A stretch of 64,000 nucleotides of DNA from a virus. Below the pieces are notes generated by a model that was given only the letters and a program-made list of their open reading frames with translations, did not search any database and had not been told where the DNA came from. The position numbers and the translations under genes were made by a program. Shown here piece by piece: positions 24,255 through 33,200 of this stretch. Location of the stretch: the IMG/VR virus record IMGVR_UViG_3300017971_000276, positions 1-64,000 of that record, one strand, 5' to 3'. Position 1 is the stretch's first letter. Every line of letters begins with the position of its first letter.

Positions 24255-26141
24255 ATGGCATATCCAAATCTTCCAGGAGTAAAACTTTCTAAGAATGATG
24301 GGAATTTGGCTCCTACAGCAGCAGCGAGAGCGCCTCGTGTATTAATTATTGGTACTGCTGGCCAAGGTCAGGGCGATGAACTATTCTTAGTTCCTACAAC
24401 TTCTCAGGCCAAAAGTGAGTTTGGCAATGAAGGAACTTTAATTCGCGGCATGTGGGAAGCTCTTAAAACAGGAGCTGAGGAAGTCGCTCTATATCGTATT
24501 GGTTCTACTTCTGCAGTCCTAGACCATGTTGGTGATTCTGCTGGTTCAGCAGGATATAGGATTGAAACAGTAACTCAAGATGCATCTGCAGGAACAGATT
24601 ATGCTTTGTATTTTGACGATACCTCAGATCGATTGGTTGTTCGGCGCAATACTGACAATCTAGTTGTTTGGGATAACAACCCGTCTAACCCTATTGATCT
24701 ATTTGAAGTAGTAGTGAGTGGGTATAGAGCTGCAGCAGGTGGGCCAGATATTGGTTCTGCTTCCGGTTTTATTAACCTTGCTAGTGTTGATCCGTCAACA
24801 TATGCAGGCACAGAATTTACTGCAGGCACAGATGGCTTAAGTCTTTCTAGAATGGAAATGTATGAAGAGCTATATGTTGCTTACAAGAATCTAATGTCTG
24901 AAGCATTTGATGTTATTGTTCCAATGGATGTCTATTTAGATGACTATAATATAGTTAATCAAGGACACTTTAAAGGAGCAGTTTCTCCTGTAATCCCAGT
25001 CGGTCAGCAATATCCGACAGCTGGAGCATTCTCTCCTACTGTTGATGTTGACTCTCTTGGTAAAGTTTTTGTTGAAGAGTATGAAGGCGAATTTTATTTC
25101 TGGTGGGATACTGATGGAGATGGCGTTGCAGAGGTATTTCCTACTCCAGCAATTGGGTCTTCTAGCTCAACAACAAAGATTGATGGAACGACTTTAACAA
25201 CTGCTGATTTCCATGAAGTTAACTTCGGTTATCAGCTATCTCGTTTTCTGTATGACTATAGTGAAGAGATTGTTGACGCAACTGGTGTTATTGGTGTCCT
25301 TCCTCCCGACAGTAATTCTCTGCGAGATAGAGCTCGTTGGTTAGGACAAGATCCAACATGGACATTAAACACAAACACAGGAGAATATTACATTGCTGCT
25401 CCATCTGCAAATGGGACTGGCTTACTTGGTAATAAGTTTATGGTTGGCCGTTTTGATCATAGAAGCGGAGCGTTTGGTGGCGGAATGATCCTAACTGATA
25501 CTCAGTTTATGGATGGAACAGAACAAGTTGATGACAATAGTATTGCTGTTGATCTTGGTAAATACATTTCTGTTGTTTCTGAGACTGCATTCTTAAGAAA
25601 CAATTGGTATCCTGCTGGCTATCGTGCATCTATTGCATCTTCATATGCAGGATTTTATATTGGTCTTCCTCCATCAAGTGCACCAACGAATAAAAACATT
25701 TCTGGTTCTTCTATCATTTATAAAATGGCAATGGGAGCCTATGATAGTCTAACTGGTGCAGGCTATGTCTCATTACGGAATCGTCCACTTGGTGGAACCG
25801 TAGTAACAGATGCGCCAACAGCAACTCTGCCAAATTCTGACTGGAGACGTTTGTCAACAGTGCGGATTGTTAAAGAAGTTGTAGACAGAATTCGTTCTGG
25901 TCTTGATCCGTTTATTGGAGAAGGAACTGGTGCTTCTGTACGCGCAAGTATGGAAAGTGTTGTCGGAGAGATTCTCCTGCAAGCAAAACGAGATGGCTAT
26001 CTGCAAGATTATAAGGAGTTTAGTATCATTCAGACTCCTCAACAAGAAGTTCTTGGCGTCGTTGAAGTCAATCTGACATTGATTCCAGCGTTTGAGATTC
26101 GCCAGATTAATCTAACAGTTTCACTAAGCAAGTCTGGCTAA
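24255..26141 (+). CDS. Contractile tail sheath protein
   Basis: LPGV start, VLIIGTA..G, FG.EGTL, RLSTVRIV..V...IR....FIGE, V.LTLIPAFEIRQI end. Confidence 0.92.
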   Translation: MAYPNLPGVKLSKNDGNLAPTAAARAPRVLIIGTAGQGQGDELFLVPTTSQAKSEFGNEGTLIRGMWEALKTGAEEVALYRIGSTSAVLDHVGDSAGSAGYRIETVTQDASAGTDYALYFDDTSDRLVVRRNTDNLVVWDNNPSNPIDLFEVVVSGYRAAAGGPDIGSASGFINLASVDPSTYAGTEFTAGTDGLSLSRMEMYEELYVAYKNLMSEAFDVIVPMDVYLDDYNIVNQGHFKGAVSPVIPVGQQYPTAGAFSPTVDVDSLGKVFVEEYEGEFYFWWDTDGDGVAEVFPTPAIGSSSSTTKIDGTTLTTADFHEVNFGYQLSRFLYDYSEEIVDATGVIGVLPPDSNSLRDRARWLGQDPTWTLNTNTGEYYIAAPSANGTGLLGNKFMVGRFDHRSGAFGGGMILTDTQFMDGTEQVDDNSIAVDLGKYISVVSETAFLRNNWYPAGYRASIASSYAGFYIGLPPSSAPTNKNISGSSIIYKMAMGAYDSLTGAGYVSLRNRPLGGTVVTDAPTATLPNSDWRRLSTVRIVKEVVDRIRSGLDPFIGEGTGASVRASMESVVGEILLQAKRDGYLQDYKEFSIIQTPQQEVLGVVEVNLTLIPAFEIRQINLTVSLSKSG

Positions 26142-26162
26142 TTAAGGGAGGAATGATAGACA

Positions 26163-26837
26163 ATGGCACTACAATCGGCATTCACAAGAGGCTATAATAG
26201 CTTCTCAGGCGTGGACATTAAGGCTGTTATCGGTTCTAATGTAATCGGTAGCATCCAAGGTATTTCATACCAAGTGTCCCGTGAAAAAGCTCCTATTTAT
26301 ACAATGGGTAGCGCAGATCCACGAGCATTTGCTAGAGGCAAACGTGCAATTGCTGGTTCTTTGGTCTTCATTCAGTTTGATCATGAACCACTAATGTACG
26401 AACTAGCAAACCCTGATCCTAAAGAGGAGAGCAGAAGACTTTATTTCTTGTCTGATATTGATGACCTTCGTCCTGAATATCGAGCAGGAGAAAGAGTTGA
26501 AGTTGCGACAACAGGAGTAAGCCCAGTATCAGCAGAAAGCACAAATGTACCTGGTGCTAATATTGGCCAACAAGAGAGTAATATTACAACTGCAGGGTCT
26601 GATCAACAAAAGGCATTACCTTGGTACGCAGATCAGATTCCGCCATTTGATGTCGTTTTAGGCGCAGCAAATGAGTATGGCGCATTGTCTATTATGAAGA
26701 TTCTTGGTTGTGAGCTTATGAACTCTGGATATGGTGTCTCTATTGATGATATCGTTTCCGAACATAGCTATACATATATTGCTCATGGTCTATTGCCATG
26801 GGTAAGCCAAGGTGTTCATGAAGACATGTTAGGCTAA
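26163..26837 (+). CDS. Tail tube protein
   Basis: Follows the sheath. SFSGVDI, REKAPIYTMG, RGKR.IAGSL.F, DQIPPFD, ANEYG, SIDD...E..YTY. Confidence 0.85.
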   Translation: MALQSAFTRGYNSFSGVDIKAVIGSNVIGSIQGISYQVSREKAPIYTMGSADPRAFARGKRAIAGSLVFIQFDHEPLMYELANPDPKEESRRLYFLSDIDDLRPEYRAGERVEVATTGVSPVSAESTNVPGANIGQQESNITTAGSDQQKALPWYADQIPPFDVVLGAANEYGALSIMKILGCELMNSGYGVSIDDIVSEHSYTYIAHGLLPWVSQGVHEDMLG

Positions 26838-26855
26838 TTGTCAGTTTGTCTATTT

Positions 26856-26890
26856 GCAGAGCTAGGGAATTGACTCTAGCTCTGTTCTCC
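26856..26890 (+). terminator. Putative terminator hairpin after the tube gene
   Basis: GCAGAGCTAGGG / CTCTAGCTCTGT stem with a pyrimidine-rich tail (weak U-tract). Confidence 0.55.
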
Positions 26891-26909
26891 CCTCTCTATA
26901 AGGAATAAA

Positions 26910-27830
26910 ATGATCAGTTATCGCGCACCATTAGATAAAGGTCTTGTCGCATACGATGAAGGTGGAAGGGTCATAGGTCCTGTTAGCAATGCTACAGCTT
27001 CAGAATACTTAGGTTGGGGAAGCTATTCTGGTGCTGATATTAAAGTAATTGTGCATTATCCTAGAGATTTTAGCGCAATAAAACTTCTTAACGAAGACAG
27101 AAGAAAACATGAAATGGATTTATTCCAACTTGATAATCAAATAGCAGTACTTCAAAATACTGTAAATGCTTATCAAGGATCTCTTTCTGACAATCAAGTT
27201 ATTCAGTTAAATGATAGAAGAGCGGCAGTAACAAGCCAACTTGAACTAATTGACAAAGAGATTGTTAAGGCTAAAAATATTCCTACCTCAAAAGTTATTG
27301 GTGAGCTTCAAACAATGTCTTATAGTGTGTATCGTGAGAAGTCACCTGTTAGAACCCTTGGTTCTGTATATCCAAGAGCTTATGTTCGCGGCCCAAGAAC
27401 TATTGGTGGCTCAATGATTTTTACTGTGTTTAATCAACATGTCCTTCATGAGATTCTAGAAATGAATCTAAAGTTCTATAACACAGGAACTAGTGATCAT
27501 GACAAATATACTTATTCTACAAATCTTCCAGATCAGCTTCCTCCACTAGATATGAGTCTAGTGTTTGCAAATGAGTATGGTTCTATTTCACATATGGGCT
27601 TGTATGGTGTAGAATTTATGCAAGAGGGAACAACATTCTCTATCGAAGATATTTTTACTGAGAATGTAGTGCAGTATGTAGCAAGGGATATAGATCCAAT
27701 GAGACTAGTAAGCAAACGAGAAGTTGATGGTCAGGGAGTAAAAGATGAATGGAGTTCTACTGCCTCCTCTTTGTTAAAGAATAAACAGTTTAAAAACAAT
27801 CATTTAGTCAGAAGGAATCAATTTATTTAA
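26910..27830 (+). CDS. Tail-tube-fold paralog (tube initiator-like) with coiled-coil insertion
   Basis: SYSGADIK, REKSPVRTLG, RGPRTIGGS, DQLPPLD, ANEYG, SIED match the tube motifs. Confidence 0.8.
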   Translation: MISYRAPLDKGLVAYDEGGRVIGPVSNATASEYLGWGSYSGADIKVIVHYPRDFSAIKLLNEDRRKHEMDLFQLDNQIAVLQNTVNAYQGSLSDNQVIQLNDRRAAVTSQLELIDKEIVKAKNIPTSKVIGELQTMSYSVYREKSPVRTLGSVYPRAYVRGPRTIGGSMIFTVFNQHVLHEILEMNLKFYNTGTSDHDKYTYSTNLPDQLPPLDMSLVFANEYGSISHMGLYGVEFMQEGTTFSIEDIFTENVVQYVARDIDPMRLVSKREVDGQGVKDEWSSTASSLLKNKQFKNNHLVRRNQFI

Positions 27831-28744
27831 TGGCACTTAGAGATCAAAATGGCAATTATGTTACTCCTCATGGCATTGGCTCTTTTGCTTATGAATATGA
27901 CTGGTTTAGTGGCTCTCAGATTGGAGTCATGATTGGCGATGTCTTGATTGATAGTGGTGTCGCTATTAGTTTCAATGTAGAGCAGACAAAGACTCCTGTT
28001 TATGGATATGCCAACCAATATTATACTTTTGTCTCTGATGGCCATGTGCTTGTTCAAGGTGTTTTAACTATCGCCTTTAAAGAGGCAGGATACCTTTTAT
28101 GGCCAATGCAAAGATACCAAGAGAAAATTGGAAATATCAATTCTGTTAGCGATGAAGAGAATTGGCACCAAAGACATGGCGCTAATGTTTGGACGAGTCC
28201 TAGATATTCAGTTGACTCAAATGGTAATATAATCAATTCTTATAACCCAAGCGAAGTAGGAACAAGTTTAACAGCAGCCGCTAAAGCAGCCAGACGTAAA
28301 AAGGTAATGGAAGCTAATGTAGAACAAATGTTTGGCTGGCAAGAATCTTCTGTTCAGAATAGACAAAATAAAAACTTTAATCGATTCTGGCAAGAACTTG
28401 GTGCTCTTCCTGATGATGAATTTGAAGACTGGGCAGAAGTATTTGAAGATGCCATTTGGTATGGTTCTGATGCTGCTAACCCAACTGTTAGAGATAAACT
28501 CTTTTCAAAAAACTTACCTTATGATAAAGAAATAACTGATGAGAATGTTTTGCGCCATAGAAGAGCAGACCAATATCCACAAATTGATATGTGGATTGTT
28601 TATGGCGATATGTCTCGTCAACCAGCGAATCATACTGTCAAGAAAATTCTTGATCTGTCATTTACTGGCCAGTCTCAAACTATTGAGATTTCTGGTCAGC
28701 CTATATATGAGCAATATAATTTTATTGCTAGAAACCTAGTTTAA
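27830..28744 (+). CDS. Tail-tube-fold paralog (tube initiator-like)
   Basis: FSGSQI, KTPVYGY, G.V.VQG.L.I.F, DQYPQID, E.YNFIAR. Confidence 0.7.
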   Translation: MALRDQNGNYVTPHGIGSFAYEYDWFSGSQIGVMIGDVLIDSGVAISFNVEQTKTPVYGYANQYYTFVSDGHVLVQGVLTIAFKEAGYLLWPMQRYQEKIGNINSVSDEENWHQRHGANVWTSPRYSVDSNGNIINSYNPSEVGTSLTAAAKAARRKKVMEANVEQMFGWQESSVQNRQNKNFNRFWQELGALPDDEFEDWAEVFEDAIWYGSDAANPTVRDKLFSKNLPYDKEITDENVLRHRRADQYPQIDMWIVYGDMSRQPANHTVKKILDLSFTGQSQTIEISGQPIYEQYNFIARNLV

Positions 28745-28759
28745 ACAAGGAGTTAGAGA

Positions 28760-29524
28760 ATGGGAAAAGCACGTCTGAAACCGCAAGTTGCGGCGCAGTA
28801 CGGTGAAGAACTTGCAGTCGCAGAGCAAATGGCACAAGTTGGTTTTGATCCGAAAACCAAGAAACTAGATGAGAGTATTTATGGTCCAACTACTATTGCT
28901 TTTAATCCAGTTGAAGAAATGAAGGCTATGCGTGATGCTAATATTACAGATAATAGTTTTTTAGAAGCAAGCATGGAGGAGCTACAAATGAATCAACCAA
29001 ACTTAGTTAATGATGCCCTAGACGCCGTCCAGGCCGAAGATCCTTCTTTCCCTATACCAGAGCCTGCGGTTTCTGTCCAGGCGCCTCAAGAGGAGGCACA
29101 GGCCGATACAGAAGAGACTGAAGAAGCTTCTGTAGTCCCTGAGAATCCAGAGCAGCGTCTTGAATGGGTTGCAGAGCAGTTGTCTCTTTTGAATCCACAA
29201 GCACCAAATGCTGCAGCATTAAGGCAGTGGAAGCAAATGCATGGGAATGTATTTGTTCTTCAGATTGAAGATCATGTGTTTATTTATCGTTATCTAAAGC
29301 GTCAAGAATGGGCACAGCTACAAGCTAATGAAGCATTCCATAATCTTCGTCCTGACCAACAAGAAGATAGTATTGTAGAAAGATGTACTCTTTGGCCAAA
29401 ATTCAATCCTCATACTAAAGGTGGATTGCCAGCAGGAGCAGCTTCTATGTTGGCAGAACAAATTAGAATTCAATCTATGTTCTTGGATCCAGCGCAAGTA
29501 GCAAATATTACGATTAAACTGTAA
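28760..29524 (+). CDS. Putative tail assembly chaperone
   Basis: WKQ.HG.VF, FIYRYL.R.EW, C.LWP, AG..S.L.EQI...S pattern. Lies between tube genes and tape measure. Confidence 0.65.
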   Translation: MGKARLKPQVAAQYGEELAVAEQMAQVGFDPKTKKLDESIYGPTTIAFNPVEEMKAMRDANITDNSFLEASMEELQMNQPNLVNDALDAVQAEDPSFPIPEPAVSVQAPQEEAQADTEETEEASVVPENPEQRLEWVAEQLSLLNPQAPNAAALRQWKQMHGNVFVLQIEDHVFIYRYLKRQEWAQLQANEAFHNLRPDQQEDSIVERCTLWPKFNPHTKGGLPAGAASMLAEQIRIQSMFLDPAQVANITIKL

Positions 29525-30219
29525 TGAGTTTTGTATCTATACTAGAGTCGATTCGACAAGAGAGCAAAAGTCTTTATGTTGTTTCTCTTCCTGATGATAC
29601 TGAAATATCATTTCGGCTCCCGTCTACAAAACAAGCTTCTCAATATGCTCAGGTCCTTTCTGTTGCTAAAGGAAATGGTAGTTTAGAAACAATTATCTAC
29701 AATCATATTTTTGAAGAGTTTGTAACTGACAAGTATATTGCAATTCATAATGAGAATCTTAAAGCTGGTGTTCCAGAAACAATTGCAAAAGTTATCCTTT
29801 ACCTTTCTGGTGCAGATGAACACTTCAAAGAATATACACAAACATTGTGGAATCTTTACAGAGAGCAGACAAATAGTATAAGCTCTATAATGAAACGTAC
29901 AATCTGTAGTGTTTTTGGTGGATATAAGTTTTCTGATTTAGACGAGTTGACATATCAGGAGCTTGTTGAGATTTATATTGAGGCTGAGAAAGTACTTGTT
30001 AATCAAGGTATAATAGAACGAGAACTTGCTTTTGCAGATCAAGAAGAAGAGAAACCAGTTTCTGTTGAGAATATGATTTCTCAAGACACTAAAGATTATC
30101 AACAGTTTGACGCTCCTGAAGCTGGTCCGTCTATGAGAATGACAGAAGATCCTGCTTATAAAGCCAGGAAGGAAGAGCATAGGGTTATGCAAAAGTTACG
30201 TAAACGTCAAGGAGGATAA
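29524..30219 (+). CDS. Putative tail assembly chaperone 2
   Basis: FRLP, AGVPETIA..I..LSG echo the preceding gene. Directly upstream of the tape measure. Confidence 0.55.
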   Translation: MSFVSILESIRQESKSLYVVSLPDDTEISFRLPSTKQASQYAQVLSVAKGNGSLETIIYNHIFEEFVTDKYIAIHNENLKAGVPETIAKVILYLSGADEHFKEYTQTLWNLYREQTNSISSIMKRTICSVFGGYKFSDLDELTYQELVEIYIEAEKVLVNQGIIERELAFADQEEEKPVSVENMISQDTKDYQQFDAPEAGPSMRMTEDPAYKARKEEHRVMQKLRKRQGG

Positions 30220-30224
30220 TTATC

Positions 30225-33200
30225 TTGGTAAACCCTAACCTTGCATATGGGGAGCAACCAAGCATGCCTGGTCAAGGGTTAGGACAAAACCAGGGTAGTT
30301 TGGCTGGTTTAGCTCTTGGAGCTGGTGCGATTGGTGCTGCTGGCTTTATTCCAACAAAAGGCGGTCGATTGTGGGATACCTATCTAGCAGGTATTCGTGC
30401 AGTTGAAACTGGATCCCCTGGTGGGATTCTAAGAACCTTTCGTACTTCTGAATTTCTTTCCCCTTTAGAATCTTATTCTGCTGTCTCAGCAGCTCCTGCC
30501 GATATTGCTCGTGGTAAATATGGCAAATATTTAAAGTCTACATTTGGAGAAGCAAGTAGCTATACTCTAGAACGAACTGGTTTAGCTTTTGGCCAAGTCA
30601 AAGATGCTTCTGGTAAAGTTATTGGCATGGGTCTGCAAATTGAAGCTGGTACTCAAAAGGGTGCAGCTATTGCAGATTTCGCGGCAAGAATAGAAGGAAT
30701 CCAACTTGGTAAATTTCAGTCTTTAAATGATGCTATTCTTCGGAATAAATGGGAGACTTCTAAAACTCCATTGCCTTACCAAGAGTGGCTAAAGACTATA
30801 GAGCCACATCTTCGAAGACAACGTCTTATTCTTGGATCAAAACTTCGAACCAAACTTACTATTGCAGGTAAAGATTTCCAGTTGTCTCAAAGGATGGCTG
30901 GGAATGTTGCAAAAGCAGAAACTCTTGGCAAGCTGCTCAGAGCTAAAGCAGCAACTACAGCCAGTCGTTTAAATATTCTTCTAAGGGCACCTGTTGAGCT
31001 TCCAGGAATTAAAACTCTTGCTGAGAAAGTTCCAGGTCTTCGTTCTCTAGCTGTCAAGCCAGGAACAAGCCTTCAGCTTCTAGGAAGATATACAGGCAAA
31101 GGTCTTGCTGTAGGTGCAGCATGGAAAGGGCTTGAATATGTAGATTATCTAAGAGCAGAAGGTTCTCCATGGGCTCCTGTGTTGGCAACTGCAGGAGGAG
31201 CTGGACTAGGTGCTCTTTTGGCCCGCAAACCGGGGATGAAGTTCTCAAAGGCTGGTTTGATTGCAGGTGCTGCACTTGGTTTGACTGCTGGTATAGCTCC
31301 TAGATTTGAGCATGGAATTATCCATGGTATTGCTTCTATGGCTACTGATGCTAATGTCACGAGAGCTCAATTGTCTCAGACAATGGGGTTCACAGATACG
31401 ATTAGAGAACAAGAACAAATTACTCCTGGGTTTATGGATCTTAAAACAGCTCTTGGTTTCGGAGGAGTCGGAGCCTTAGCAACAGGTCTTGCTGATTACT
31501 TGTCTTTTGTCGGATCTTCTATGACTGCTCGTGTTGCAACAAAAACACCTCTCTCTCATATATTCGAATCTGCCAGAGAGAAAAGAGCAACTAGACTTGC
31601 AGATAAACTTTGGGGTTCTAAGTTTGGTACTGCAATTAAAAAAGTACCAGGACTTAGAAAGTTAACGAATATAAAAAGCCCTATGGCTCTTGGTTTCTTA
31701 GGAGGTATAACGGCATGGGGAGTTGCTGCCACAGCACTTGGAACTCTTTCTGGCAGACCTACTGCTCCTATTGCTGGCCTATTAGGAACTTCAGAAACTC
31801 CAGAAGAATTACAGGCTATCTATTCTGGCGAGAAAGAAGTAGCAATTCGCAAAGGTAGATGGTGGGAATTCGGGAGAAGTACTGCTTTTGAAGGTGGCAG
31901 GATACAATATTATAGACCTCATATGATGGCTCGTTTAAAATCTAGAGCATATCAAAAAGGCATGTATGGGTCTGAAGAAGAAAAATGGGCACATGATCCA
32001 TGGCTAAATCCTATGAAAGCTCTCTTCGGTTCTGATGAATGGAAGTATCATTATGAAGAGAAGTATCAATACGAAAGACCTGCTCCAACAACTGGTACCT
32101 ATGGCGAGAGTGTACCATTCATTGGACCACTAGTTGCTGCTACATTCGGCAAGCTATTTAAGCCTCGGAAGAAAGTCCGTGCAGAAGAGTGGGAACTTGG
32201 AGGAGGACAGTATCTACATCATCAAGATGTTAGAGGGGAAGAAGAGCCTTCTTATATGCTCGGTGGTCTTGGACCAGGAGCCCCTGTTGCTAAAGAAGAT
32301 CCTTCACAACTTCTAAACGAACTAAATTACAGACGCAGAGAAGCTGTTGGTCTTATGGGCTTTATGGAAGGGGCTATTACCAAAGCTGCAATTGGCAGAG
32401 AAGAGTTTTTAGAAAACAAACAAACTCTTGCAGCGATGGGAGGAGAAACAGGAGCAGAATACTGGCTGTGGAAACATATGAATCTTGGTGGAGGGATGGG
32501 TACTACTGAGGCTGTGAGGCGTTTCCTCCCTCGTACAAGAAGCTATCTTGATACCTATAATCCTCTACGCAATGCAATGCCTTCTTGGGTACCAGAGGAT
32601 TATTTCTTAGACTTACGTACAGGGAATCCATTTGAGAAGATTCCTGAAGCCGAGCTTAGACTCCCTGGAGAAGGATATGCTGCTTTGCATCCTGAGGTAG
32701 AAGGTCTGTCTCCTGAAGAGTATCCCCTTGCTCATAGGGTAAAGATTCTTGGCGATATTGCTATGTATAGCAAAGAGTATGGTATTGCACTATCTCAAGC
32801 CAAACGTAATTTAAATAATCTATCTCAAGAAGAAGTTGCTATGGTTCGAGAAACTGAAAGACAAGTTAAAGAGAAGAAGAAGAGAAGAGGATTCCAAGAA
32901 TATGTATTTTCTGGCGACCAGCTTGAAACAATGGACGTAACAGTATCTGAGATTATTAGTCCTCGTAGGTTCCGGACTAAAGAACTTGGGGATGTAATGA
33001 TTGATGTCCCAGGGATTGGAGCTATCAAAGATACTGCTGGTGCTTTAGAATTTGCGAAGGAGACTCTTCTTGGCCGACAGATCCAAATCCAGACTCCTTC
33101 TCTAGAGTCTAGAAGACTAACTATGAGTACTACTGGTCCTGTAATGAAAGCCGCACCAATGGTTGGGGGAACAGATTATGGACAGTTGTTATCTAGTGAA

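Noticed and set aside
28760-30219. Programmed frameshift between the tail chaperones
   Set aside because: The two ORFs are joined by a plain TAATG stop/start overlap and no convincing slippery heptamer was seen at the junction.
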